DNA of 43,204 nucleotides from the UHGV virus genome UHGV-0865506; one strand, given 5' to 3'. The position numbers and the translations under genes were made by a program. Below are positions 25,831 to 34,453 of the stretch, in pieces. The notes beneath the pieces were generated by a model. That model ran no database searches. It had not been told where the DNA came from and was given only the letters and a program-made list of their open reading frames with translations. This DNA is from a virus. How positions within the stretch are numbered: position 1 is the first letter of the stretch; each line of letters starts with the position of its first letter.

Positions 25831-27002
25831 ACGTAACTAATACGTTGAATTACGATAGACGACTGATACTGGTTGCCTGTGGACTGTCCTTCTATGCTTT
25901 GGGTAATTGATTCCGGGCCAGATATTTCTGGTGTGACCGCCGTAAGCTCTGCGCGTTTTAAACTGAAAGACATAGCCCCGTTTACCCCCGCCAGAATAGA
26001 GTTAATCTCTACCTGCTGCTCGTTGATAAACTTCTGAATCATCGCCATGTCGTACAGCTTACCAGAGATGGAGAAGGTGTTAGCTGCGCGACCACGTTCC
26101 ACGAACGCGACGCTACTGTTGCCGAGTTCGAACTGCGCGGAAGCACCGTTGTCGTTGGTGATGGTCAGAGTATCGCAACGCAACGGCGTAGAACCGTCGA
26201 ACACAGACACATCTACAGAAGAGAACGGCTCGTCAGTGAATGTGACCTGGGAGAAGTCGGAACCTGCTGGCGCCGCGGTAAGAATCTCCTGACTCAGACC
26301 GATGAATGGGAAGCTGCCGGTTACCATCGCATTTACGGCTTGCTCGATAGTAAAACCGGAGATTTCCACACCTTTGGTCAACATGTACGCGTCCGGGTTC
26401 CCGCACTGTCCTTTGAACCACGTCAGGATGGAGAATGTCTTACACGCGTTACCGGTTTCCAGCTTGTCACCCGTTTTACCGTCGGTCTCGATAGGGCCTT
26501 CGGCGGTCAGGGTGTGTTGGATACCCGCACCCGTAACAACCGTAGCAGTTACCGCGGTAACGATAAACGGCTTGGCGTTGTCTCCGGTTAAGCCGTCGAA
26601 GTACAGAAGGTCGCCGACTTCAACGCCATCGGTAATGAAGCTACCGGCGGCGCGGGTGAAGGTTTTCGCTACCGGGTCTACCGTAATACCTACCGCAGTT
26701 AAGGTTACGCCATCCTGCCACGTAGACGTCATCGCGCCTGCGAGGAAATCATCCTGGCTACGTGAGCTAAGTTCGATTGCGTACTCACCACTAACCTGCT
26801 TGTTACCGGTGCGGATGGATGTGGTTTCACGGCTGCCGTCCAGTTCGTTGGAGGTCAGCGCGTCGCGGGTTACCGCAGGAACGCCGCCGGTGTTTCGCAA
26901 CGGCGACCAGACCGGGTTACTTGGTGTTACGCCCGGGGTCACTTCCGCCACATAGAATTGCGCGGTATTCGCGCCCTTAAAAGGAGTTGTAGCCATATTC
27001 AC
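25827..27002 (-). CDS. major tail (tube) protein
   Basis: 391 aa, in the major tail position of the lambda/HK97 gene order; Thr/Gly/Ser-rich. Confidence 0.6.
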   Translation of the reverse strand: MNMATTPFKGANTAQFYVAEVTPGVTPSNPVWSPLRNTGGVPAVTRDALTSNELDGSRETTSIRTGNKQVSGEYAIELSSRSQDDFLAGAMTSTWQDGVTLTAVGITVDPVAKTFTRAAGSFITDGVEVGDLLYFDGLTGDNAKPFIVTAVTATVVTGAGIQHTLTAEGPIETDGKTGDKLETGNACKTFSILTWFKGQCGNPDAYMLTKGVEISGFTIEQAVNAMVTGSFPFIGLSQEILTAAPAGSDFSQVTFTDEPFSSVDVSVFDGSTPLRCDTLTITNDNGASAQFELGNSSVAFVERGRAANTFSISGKLYDMAMIQKFINEQQVEINSILAGVNGAMSFSLKRAELTAVTPEISGPESITQSIEGQSTGNQYQSSIVIQRISYV

Positions 27003-27415
27003 AGCCTCTTGGTGAATGCGATAAAGTTAATTGACAATGGCCGTTTGGCCCATCCGTTTTCTACAATCAGCGGCCCCAGGCTAACCGATTGAACCTCGGC
27101 GCAGATGTCGTTACGTGAAAATGACTTACCTGCTTTAAACGCCGTGTTAAGTAAGTCTGCCATTTTATTGATTGGCGCGCTACCTTTCACCGATGCGTAG
27201 TTAATGTCAACCTGATAAATACCAGAGCGTTGTTCCGTGAAGAACAAATCCGCCTGCTCGGTGTCCGCAAGTAACATGTAACTTGCCAGATACGGTGTGT
27301 CGGTTGACGTCGGTGTGTCGATGTTTTCAAGCGCAACCTTGATGCCGTTGGTTGTTCCGAAGGCTACCAGCGGCACATCGAACGCTTTTGTTAAGTCCTC
27401 GAAATAGCCCATCAA
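26999..27415 (-). CDS. tail terminator / tail completion protein
   Basis: Positional call. Confidence 0.45.
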   Translation of the reverse strand: MMGYFEDLTKAFDVPLVAFGTTNGIKVALENIDTPTSTDTPYLASYMLLADTEQADLFFTEQRSGIYQVDINYASVKGSAPINKMADLLNTAFKAGKSFSRNDICAEVQSVSLGPLIVENGWAKRPLSINFIAFTKRL

Positions 27416-27810
27416 TCTGCCCTCGCCGCAGCTTCGTTGAGTAGACGTTGGAATCTGGCGACAGTCACACGGACCATGCCTTGAGGTGCTTGCTGTGAGT
27501 ACCCATATTCTAACCTTTCCGCATATGGCAAATTATTTGTAAAACAGAAATTTTCCCACTCAGGAGATGACATAACGTAACTTGTCATCCGACCTATGGC
27601 TCTGCTCCCGGAAGGGTCGTTGGCTATTAAAACACCCGTTGCTGGCGTGTTATTACTGACCTGCCAATTCATCCGGAATCTACCCGTGTCAACGGGACTT
27701 GCCATTATAATCTGAGAATATAATTTAATCGTGACCTGGCGAACCACCAGTTCAGGGTTCTTTTTGGCCTTCTTTATAAAATTCTGAATAGACTGTTCAA
27801 ATGGTGTCAT
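27412..27810 (-). CDS. HK97 gp10-like head-tail joining protein
   Basis: VDTGRFRMNW resembles the conserved gp10-family motif. Confidence 0.55.
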   Translation of the reverse strand: MTPFEQSIQNFIKKAKKNPELVVRQVTIKLYSQIIMASPVDTGRFRMNWQVSNNTPATGVLIANDPSGSRAIGRMTSYVMSSPEWENFCFTNNLPYAERLEYGYSQQAPQGMVRVTVARFQRLLNEAAARAD

Positions 27811-28166
27811 TTTCTTACCTGAATAAAGTAGGCTACGACATCATCATTAACCATCTTCTTCTCAATAGCTTCGATAGACCATTGCTCGCCGCCGAATTGT
27901 ACCTTGTCTTCCATCTTCGGTACGACGCGGTAATCGGCTTTAACAATCATGTCACCGGCCTGAATCGTCGTACCGTTTACCAGTCCCGCGTTTACCGGAA
28001 CCGGAACGGCCTTCAACGGCAGCACTTCATCCGCAGACCAGACGTACTCACCGAGAACTTCATCCCATACTTTCGAACCAGCGCGAACAAGAGATACCGT
28101 GCTGCCGAATTTGGTTAGCAGGCGTGTGCCAACGCCTTGCATACGTTTACTGAAAGCGGTGCTCAT
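27807..28166 (-). CDS. head closure / head-tail adaptor protein
   Basis: Positional call. Confidence 0.45.
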   Translation of the reverse strand: MSTAFSKRMQGVGTRLLTKFGSTVSLVRAGSKVWDEVLGEYVWSADEVLPLKAVPVPVNAGLVNGTTIQAGDMIVKADYRVVPKMEDKVQFGGEQWSIEAIEKKMVNDDVVAYFIQVRK

Positions 28167-28786
28167 CAGGCGGCCTCCAGTCTAGAGATAACCAGTAGCG
28201 CGGACGGTGCAGTGCCCCATGCGGTTACGGTAGCCGCTTGCGGGTATACGCCACCGTAGTTGCTTCCGGAGCTATCTCGCATAATCTGAACGGCAAACGT
28301 CTGGCCTGCTGTCGGGTTAATAACGACGCGGGATTCAATCGGAATCGTTACGTCGGCGCTGACCAGTTTAGTAGCTGCGGGGGAGCCGTACTGAGCGCCG
28401 TTAAGGAGAATGCGTGATAAAAGGATTGATGTACCACTCGCCCCCGTACGCCCGGCCTGTAACTTGATGCGAACGGCGTAGTTACCCGCGGTGTTAAACG
28501 TAACCAGCCCAGCGGCATTAATCATTACCGGGTCAGATGCGCTTCCCTGAGCGGAGCCGAAAGTTAACTGCAACGCTGTGTCCACTGCGGATGGCACTTG
28601 TGCTACGGTCGACGCTGCGCGGAGAACTTCAACCTCTTTAACGCCAGGAGTGGCGTAAATAGGTGAGTCAGCCATCTGCGTCATTACCTCGCGTAGTTTC
28701 GCGGGGGTAATAAGTCCGGTGGTGTTATCGGGGAGGTTCGCGCCGATAAGGGTAAACATCTCTGTTTTTGTCTTCGCCATTTTCAA
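28166..28786 (-). CDS. hypothetical virion structural protein
   Basis: Track ORF within the neck gene block. Confidence 0.45.
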   Translation of the reverse strand: MKMAKTKTEMFTLIGANLPDNTTGLITPAKLREVMTQMADSPIYATPGVKEVEVLRAASTVAQVPSAVDTALQLTFGSAQGSASDPVMINAAGLVTFNTAGNYAVRIKLQAGRTGASGTSILLSRILLNGAQYGSPAATKLVSADVTIPIESRVVINPTAGQTFAVQIMRDSSGSNYGGVYPQAATVTAWGTAPSALLVISRLEAA

Positions 28787-29295
28787 CCCCGGTACACGTT
28801 AAACGAGAAGCCATTGTTAAGACCACCACACAATAACGGGCGTAGAGCGTCGTCAGCAGCGGTAATCGCGGTTGTAGTGCCACTGTTGCCGTTGTTGAAG
28901 TAGGTCACTGTTACTGCACCTTCTACGCGCTCGGTCTGCACGGAACGCCCATCAGAGTTAGCCCGCACTTCTGTACCCGCACCATATGTAGCAGAGGCGA
29001 TTACCTGCGCAAGAATAACCTGTTTTGGGATGGCATTGTTCGCTACAGGGAACCCGTTTAGCGTAACACCAGTGCGAGGATACGCCAGAGACTGTTCAGC
29101 GGATACACGACGACCGCACATCTGCGGTTCTGCAAGCCCGATATACGTAGCGCCGTTGCGCAGGGCCACCTCTGCGGCGGTATCGTCTTCCGGCAGTTCA
29201 AGGCCATAATTAGCCGCTAACGCGCGGGCGTCAGCCAGACTAACGTAACTGTCGGCATTCGGGACGATTGCCCCAGTTTCCACGATTAGCGGCAT
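28783..29295 (-). CDS. head-tail connector protein (gp6-like)
   Basis: Position after the capsid block; GAGGAA Shine-Dalgarno. Confidence 0.5.
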   Translation of the reverse strand: MPLIVETGAIVPNADSYVSLADARALAANYGLELPEDDTAAEVALRNGATYIGLAEPQMCGRRVSAEQSLAYPRTGVTLNGFPVANNAIPKQVILAQVIASATYGAGTEVRANSDGRSVQTERVEGAVTVTYFNNGNSGTTTAITAADDALRPLLCGGLNNGFSFNVYRG

Positions 29296-29298
29296 AAA

Positions 29299-29478
29299 TT
29301 ATTCCTCTGACTTACGGCGACGACGCTTAGTACCACCGCCGTTGTTGTGCGCTTCTTCGTTGTCCGGTTGAGTCGCAACCAGTTCATCCGCTTCTACCAC
29401 ACCGCGAACAGGCATCACCTGACCGTCAACAATATCGACGTGGGTGTACTTTTCGCGGATTACATAATTATCTGCCAT
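29299..29478 (-). CDS. small basic-tailed protein (about 59 aa), candidate
   Basis: Hand-derived ORF MADNYVIREKYTHVDIVDGQ...KRRRRKSEE between the Ig-like and connector genes. Confidence 0.3.
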   Translation of the reverse strand: MADNYVIREKYTHVDIVDGQVMPVRGVVEADELVATQPDNEEAHNNGGGTKRRRRKSEE

Positions 29479-29514
29479 GACCTTTCCTTATTACGGCCCC
29501 GAAGGGCCGTTGTA

Positions 29515-29856
29515 TTAAGACACAGTTGCTACAGTGCTGCTGGAGATAATATTACCATACACATCGTGAACAACCACTTTATACGTGCCGGAGTCGGCGG
29601 TAGTGGTCGACGCTTTAGCATAGGAAGCAGCGTTTGCCCCGGCGATGGCGTTGTTATTCTTGTACCACTGGTAGGAATACGGCTCCAGACCGCCGGTTAC
29701 GGTTACGGTCAGTGTCATGGTTTCACCCGCGGTTACTGTGGTAGTAGCCGCCAGCGCGGATGAGAAAGACGCAGGAGAAATAGTAGCCATGTCAATCTTA
29801 GCACCCGGGGTATCAGCGGAGACGCCGGTGATGCGTCGCTTCAATACGTCTGCCAT
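29515..29856 (-). CDS. Ig-like domain protein, probable head decoration protein
   Basis: Thr-rich beta-strand pattern with YSYQWYKNNNAI, an Ig-like (Big_2-type) signature; immediately downstream of the capsid gene. Confidence 0.55.
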   Translation of the reverse strand: MADVLKRRITGVSADTPGAKIDMATISPASFSSALAATTTVTAGETMTLTVTVTGGLEPYSYQWYKNNNAIAGANAASYAKASTTTADSGTYKVVVHDVYGNIISSSTVATVS

Positions 29857-29871
29857 TTAGGAATCCTCTTA

Positions 29872-29899
29872 GTAAATGAAAAGAGGGACCGAAGTCCCT
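29872..29899 (-). terminator. rho-independent terminator after the major capsid gene
   Basis: Hairpin AGGGAC-CGAA-GTCCCT followed on the minus strand by TTTTCATTT. Confidence 0.5.
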
Positions 29900-29917
29900 C
29901 TCGATTATAGCTTAACC

Positions 29918-30967
29918 TTAAGCCCCTACACCAGTTACCAGGAAGGCAATCGGTACATGCTTACGGTCAACCACACGGTTCCAGTTGGAGGCGTTCGCCA
30001 GGTCCTGCCAGGAAGCAGAGCGTGCTACGGTCTCGGTGCCATTGCCGGTGATTACTGCGCTGGTGAAGCTGTAACCAAACGGATGCAGCAACCAGGTCTT
30101 GCGAGTCCACAAAGTTTCAACGCCACCACCGTTGCCGCGAGACGCTTCGCGCTCGTATTCCAGCGGGTTGGACGGAGAACCTTCGCCGTAACCGATAGCG
30201 CCGTTACCGAAGATGATGGAAATGAACTTACGGCTCGGGCCAGTACCGACTACGGTCATGCTGTCGTCAACAATCACGCGGTAGCCCTGGTAGGTGGCGA
30301 ACAAGGTGTCGTTGTCAGCGTCTTTGATGAAGTCGATAAGCTGCTGTTTACGCGCCTGTGCATAAACGAAGCTGTGCATCGCGATAGCGCCGAGCACTTC
30401 GCCACCATTACCCATCAGTGCGTCGCCCATAGTCTGGGTAGCGTCGATGAATGCTCCAGCGTCGAAGCCAAGAGTAGCGGACACGTCAATTACCATGTCG
30501 TTCTGCTCGTGGTATGCGTCGGTAGCGGCTACGTTGTCATTGTACAGGCCGAGCGCGGTAGCAATCAGACGGCGTTGTGCCTGGCGCTGCCAGAAGTTAT
30601 CCAGACGGGACGCTACTGATTGCAGCGGGTTCTGGCTGGTCAGTTCAACAGTCAGGTCAGCCTGACCGAATCCTTCGTTCAGATACGCTACGCGCGCCAT
30701 CATCTCACTGGTCTGCACGTTACGTGGGGTTGCGATGTCCTGGTATACGTCGTTCGAGTAGTTTGGCTCGATAGAGGTATCAATCGCTTTCCAGAAAGGA
30801 ATGTTAGCGATGTTGGACGGGCCGCGGGCAATCTCGGCAGCGTACGGAGTCGGGGTCAGAATGCCGGACTGGAAGAACGCGGTTTTTTCTACCGGGTCCT
30901 CGGTCATGTAAGACGCCAGGACCGGGATGTTGCCAGTTACGATATCGCCGATAGTGGTAATTGCCAT
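29918..30967 (-). CDS. major capsid protein (HK97 fold)
   Basis: 349 aa, follows the scaffold gene and precedes a terminator. Confidence 0.8.
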   Translation of the reverse strand: MAITTIGDIVTGNIPVLASYMTEDPVEKTAFFQSGILTPTPYAAEIARGPSNIANIPFWKAIDTSIEPNYSNDVYQDIATPRNVQTSEMMARVAYLNEGFGQADLTVELTSQNPLQSVASRLDNFWQRQAQRRLIATALGLYNDNVAATDAYHEQNDMVIDVSATLGFDAGAFIDATQTMGDALMGNGGEVLGAIAMHSFVYAQARKQQLIDFIKDADNDTLFATYQGYRVIVDDSMTVVGTGPSRKFISIIFGNGAIGYGEGSPSNPLEYEREASRGNGGGVETLWTRKTWLLHPFGYSFTSAVITGNGTETVARSASWQDLANASNWNRVVDRKHVPIAFLVTGVGA

Positions 30968-30969
30968 TA

Positions 30970-31671
30970 TTATTTCCTCAGGGCTTTAAGTTGCCGTTCA
31001 AATTCGGCAGGGTTCGATTTATGCAGGGCTAAACGCTCTGCTTCACTCATGTCTTTAAACGCTGGTGCGGCCCCGCCGCCTTTGCTACCGGAAGCCCCGC
31101 CGCCGGAAGCTGCATTTGCTTTAATCAAATGCGAAAACGCTTTGTGTTCGCGCAGGTATTTGCGGAACTGTTCCGTGTCAGTCGTGATTACGTTGCCATC
31201 TGCGCCAACAAACTTAGTAACCACGTCATCGCCTTCGAACTCAGTCTTAACGAACGGTGCAAGAATGTCCACTGCTTCCGGGGTGATAAAGTCACCTGCG
31301 AAAGAACCTAACACCGCTTTACGTTCGCTGCCGAGGATGCGCTCTGCCATTCTGGAGATACGACCATCTTTCTCAGCTAACACCGGGTCATACTGGCTAC
31401 GAATCGTCTTTTCGAACTCGTCCATCTTACCAGCAGCTTTTAATGCCTCCTGGTGCGCGCGCTGCCGTTCTTCTTCGGCCTCTTTTGCTTTACGGGCGGC
31501 TTCTTTTTTCTCCGCCAGCAATGCTTCCTGATTGGCCTTAAGCCCGGCAACTTCTTTCTCAATCAGCGCCTGAACTTCTTCAGCGGTGAACATTTTTGGC
31601 GCGCCACCGCCGCCAGCTTTATCTTCTGCCCCAGCTTCTTCCTGGAACGGGTAACGTAAAAAACGATTCAT
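30970..31671 (-). CDS. scaffolding protein
   Basis: Ala/Glu/Lys-rich coiled-coil protein immediately upstream of the capsid gene; start at internal ATG because the track start is TTG. Confidence 0.6.
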   Translation of the reverse strand: MNRFLRYPFQEEAGAEDKAGGGGAPKMFTAEEVQALIEKEVAGLKANQEALLAEKKEAARKAKEAEEERQRAHQEALKAAGKMDEFEKTIRSQYDPVLAEKDGRISRMAERILGSERKAVLGSFAGDFITPEAVDILAPFVKTEFEGDDVVTKFVGADGNVITTDTEQFRKYLREHKAFSHLIKANAASGGGASGSKGGGAAPAFKDMSEAERLALHKSNPAEFERQLKALRK

Positions 31672-31753
31672 AGTCAGTATGTCCCCTGGACGTTGGAACC
31701 CGGCCCCCCCGGATTTACATGTCAAGAATAAATTATTCCAACATGCAAGGCAA

Positions 31754-32017
31754 CTATTCCAGAATATTCCTCACGTAATCCTGCAGCATGAACACTTTCA
31801 GTCTTAGTTGCCGTATGCATTCAGCGTTCTGAACGTCGATAGCTAAATCCTCGTCCGAGTCGCTACTTGGCAGCGCCAGTTTGCACGGCGGCTGCATCAT
31901 CGTCGTATCCGGGGATGGAATTGGCGTTGGTGACAGCGCGGGACTTGAGCAGGACGCGAGCATCGTCGAAAGTGCACACGCTGCGGCCAGGCGTTTTAAT
32001 GTACTTAACGACTTCAC
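31754..32017 (-). CDS. o-spanin (Rz1-like outer-membrane lipoprotein), overlapped arrangement
   Basis: Signal peptide with lipobox (MLASC) followed by a Pro-rich segment; reading frame begins inside the i-spanin gene and extends beyond it. Confidence 0.55.
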   Translation of the reverse strand: MKSLSTLKRLAAACALSTMLASCSSPALSPTPIPSPDTTMMQPPCKLALPSSDSDEDLAIDVQNAECIRQLRLKVFMLQDYVRNILE

Positions 32018-32249
32018 GGGTAATCACCTCCGATTTCGTCTTGCCTTCGTTGTCAGCGGCTGCGGCCTTCGATTCGTCCTGCTGCTGCCGTTGTGTTTTC
32101 TTCGCTAACTCAGCCTGTGCTTTCTGCTGTTGCTGCGAAACGAGATTAGCGCGGCCTTCGCCCCAGCCGCTGCGATACTGGTAGATGCCGTGTGCGTAGG
32201 CCAGGATGATGAAACATGCTCCCGCTACGACAGTTGCTTTAAGATTCAT
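31863..32249 (-). CDS. i-spanin (Rz-like)
   Basis: N-terminal transmembrane helix followed by Gln/Ala/Lys-rich coiled coil; AAGGAGAAAC Shine-Dalgarno. Confidence 0.6.
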   Translation of the reverse strand: MNLKATVVAGACFIILAYAHGIYQYRSGWGEGRANLVSQQQQKAQAELAKKTQRQQQDESKAAAADNEGKTKSEVITREVVKYIKTPGRSVCTFDDARVLLKSRAVTNANSIPGYDDDAAAVQTGAAK

Positions 32250-32358
32250 GTTTCTCCTTTCTCGATAAGTAAAGCCCCGCCTTAAAGCGGGGCGCTAGTC
32301 CTTATCATTTAAACATAGAAACGGCGTAATCTCCGTAAACCAGTTACTTTTTACACAA

Positions 32359-32512
32359 GCAATAGACTATGGCCCTTCCGAACGCGTCAGCGTAACTACA
32401 CTCAGGACTTACGTCCCGCTCCGTTACCTGCCCGCGCCGCGGTCGCTTGTTCATACTTCACAAGCTCAGGTGGAGCTTAGCACATTTTTAGTGAAAAGTC
32501 AACTATTCGAAT
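32359..32512. repeat. conserved intergenic element, copy 2
   Basis: Homologous to 1137..1290; lies in the 5' leader region of the spanin/late operon. Confidence 0.6.
32474..32502 (-). promoter_or_regulatory. sigma70-like promoter TTGACT-N17-TAAGCT inside repeat copy 2
   Basis: Same hexamers and spacing as in copy 1. Confidence 0.4.
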
Positions 32513-32568
32513 AGTTTATTCCAACATTTACAATTAGGTGGAATAACAGGAATACGTAAACAAATAGT

Positions 32569-32597
32569 TTGCACACACCAATATAATAGGGTACTAT
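32569..32597 (+). promoter_or_regulatory. sigma70-like promoter TTGCAC-N17-TACTAT (TACTATTCA family)
   Basis: TTGCACACACCAATATAATAGGGTACTATTCA, about 28 nt upstream of the 32625 gene. Confidence 0.5.
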
Positions 32598-32624
32598 TCA
32601 GTTAACTTAAACAGGAGATGGAAA

Positions 32625-32909
32625 ATGACACACAAATTTAAAGGTACAGACGGTGCATGGGTTAATCGCGGAACGGCTATCTGGGCAGGACATGTTTATG
32701 TGGCCGAGGTAATGAGTGTGCGGGAAAATGACTCAGTAAAATTGGCTAACGCAAAACTTATTTCCTCGGCACCAGAGTTACTCGAAGCACTTCGCCAGCT
32801 TCGCGATTACGTCGAGGATGTTTGCGAGGTATCCTCCGATGATTGCCATGAAGACCATCCATTAAATCAGGCCAGCAGAGCAATTAAGAAAGCATTAGGA
32901 AAGCAATAA
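32625..32909 (+). CDS. hypothetical protein in a moron-like cassette
   Basis: AGGAGA Shine-Dalgarno; own promoter and terminator; opposite strand to the flanking late genes. Confidence 0.55.
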   Translation: MTHKFKGTDGAWVNRGTAIWAGHVYVAEVMSVRENDSVKLANAKLISSAPELLEALRQLRDYVEDVCEVSSDDCHEDHPLNQASRAIKKALGKQ

Positions 32910-32913
32910 AACT

Positions 32914-32938
32914 AAGGCCCCGTAAGGGGCCTTTTATC
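32914..32938. terminator. bidirectional rho-independent terminator
   Basis: Hairpin AAGGCCCC-GTAA-GGGGCCTT followed by TTTTAT; T-rich on the minus side as well. Confidence 0.6.
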
Positions 32939-33398
32939 ATTCTGGCTTAGTGACCTTCGCCGCTTTGCTTACCGCCTCTACACCATCGGCATCAGTAACT
33001 TTAACGAAGTATTCACCAACTGCGTTAACAGTCAGAGACAAGGCCTCTTCCGGGGCGTTTACCACTTCTTTGCCGTCTTTGTACCAGGTCAGCACATACG
33101 GCGCTTTGCCCGCCTTAACTTCGACAGCGATAGTTGCGCTGCCGTCGGTCAGTTCAGTGTCTTTTGGTTGCGCAGAGAAATACACATCGCCCGCGTCAGC
33201 CAGATACGGAATCTCATATAGCATGCCCGCCGCGGGCAGCGCAATACCAGTCTTGTCCGCAAACGGCATATCATCTACCGGCGTACCCAGTTCACTTTCA
33301 TCCTCAATAAACACCACGTTCTCGCCAGAGCCAGACACACGGGCAAACTGGACTACGCGACGCGACGGTACATCAGTAATTTTGAAAAAGCCCATCAT
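32937..33398 (-). CDS. Ig-like domain protein (second)
   Basis: C-terminal YVLTWYKDGKEV Ig-like pattern, similar to 29515..29856. Confidence 0.5.
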   Translation of the reverse strand: MMGFFKITDVPSRRVVQFARVSGSGENVVFIEDESELGTPVDDMPFADKTGIALPAAGMLYEIPYLADAGDVYFSAQPKDTELTDGSATIAVEVKAGKAPYVLTWYKDGKEVVNAPEEALSLTVNAVGEYFVKVTDADGVEAVSKAAKVTKPE

Positions 33399-34453
33399 TA
33401 TTCCCCTTTCAGATAATCAGCAACACGTTTATCGAGTTCCGCCATCTGCTTAAGCGTGAGCGGGTTCCCGAAACCATCTACAGATATTACGCGAAACTCT
33501 TCCGGCGATATACCGCTGTTGCGGAAAATCTTACCGCGAACAGGTCCTAGAGCCTGGTCCTGAAACCATGCAGGCTGTTGTTTCAGGAACTCGTAATAGG
33601 TTGTATCTGCGCTTACCTGAGTACCGCCGTCTGCGCCCTTAGCCGCCCGCTTAGCCCCCTCGTCTAGAAAGTCCAGGAAGTCATCTTCGATTACCGGGAT
33701 AGTGGTACTGCGGCAGTTTGGGTGTGCAGGGGGCATAGGCCCTCTACCTACGTCATATTTCTGGCCGTCGCGCGACTTACATACAGTCGAAGTGCGGCTG
33801 TCGAGCGTAGATACCCACTGATATTTGCGCACAATATCGCTGTTGCTGTCGTACACAGAATCTCGCGCCGTGTTCGATACGTGGCTCACTGCTGTTCGGA
33901 CTACCGTCATTACGTTGCGCTCAGAGATATCAGCCAGGCCGCCAGGGCCTGCAACGGCAGAGACAATCTGGCGGGTTGTCTGTCCCTGCACAAAGCCGGT
34001 CTGTACGCCACGCACAAGGCGGTTACGCTCAGTCTGCGCCCAACCGGACATCAGGTCCATAACGCCAACAGGTGCGTTACCCAGCGCCAGTGGTGCGAAC
34101 TTGATACGCGACCACAGTTCTTCAGCCGTAGGTCCAGTAATGAACGTTTTTGGCTTCGTGTTGGCCCCCAGCGTATGGATAAACCACTTATTCTCGTAGT
34201 CGGCAATCTCGCGCAGGCTCTTCTCTATCGTGCTCTTCCAGTCGCTGGTGACGTCATCCAGGACGCCATCCAGGCTTGCCAGCATTTTATTCAGCTTCTT
34301 CACTGTTCGCGCGTCGTCACCGAACCTAAGCACCGCGTCGCGCACCTCAGCCCGCATCTTATTGACGAAGGGGACGGACAGCGACGCTGTTTGCGTTCCG
34401 AGTCTCTGTAGCCATATTTGATGGCTGATAATCATCTGCGATAGCTGGCTCAT
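33398..34453 (-). CDS. head morphogenesis protein (Mu F / SPP1 gp7 family)
   Basis: HPNCRS motif and position directly downstream of portal. Confidence 0.75.
   Translation of the reverse strand: MSQLSQMIISHQIWLQRLGTQTASLSVPFVNKMRAEVRDAVLRFGDDARTVKKLNKMLASLDGVLDDVTSDWKSTIEKSLREIADYENKWFIHTLGANTKPKTFITGPTAEELWSRIKFAPLALGNAPVGVMDLMSGWAQTERNRLVRGVQTGFVQGQTTRQIVSAVAGPGGLADISERNVMTVVRTAVSHVSNTARDSVYDSNSDIVRKYQWVSTLDSRTSTVCKSRDGQKYDVGRGPMPPAHPNCRSTTIPVIEDDFLDFLDEGAKRAAKGADGGTQVSADTTYYEFLKQQPAWFQDQALGPVRGKIFRNSGISPEEFRVISVDGFGNPLTLKQMAELDKRVADYLKGE

Noticed and set aside
26302-26955. 217-aa plus-strand ORF
   Set aside because: Entirely antisense to the major tail gene, Pro/Val/Thr-rich as expected for the reverse frame of a Thr/Gly-rich gene; no independent signals.
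29485-29505. Hairpin ACGGCCC-CGAA-GGGCCGT as a terminator
   Set aside because: No T-tract on either strand immediately after the stem; may be a structural or processing element but cannot be called a rho-independent terminator.
30620-31531. 303-aa plus-strand ORF
   Set aside because: Lies antisense across the scaffold and capsid genes, low-complexity Ala/Ser/Arg composition, no start context; treated as a spurious antisense ORF.
1137-32512. Possibility that the twin ~150-bp repeats are a CRISPR array, tRNA genes or transposon ends
   Set aside because: Only two copies 31 kb apart, no regular spacing, no cloverleaf-compatible fold or TPsiC-type arm in the expected arrangement, and no transposase nearby; a regulatory leader element explains them better.
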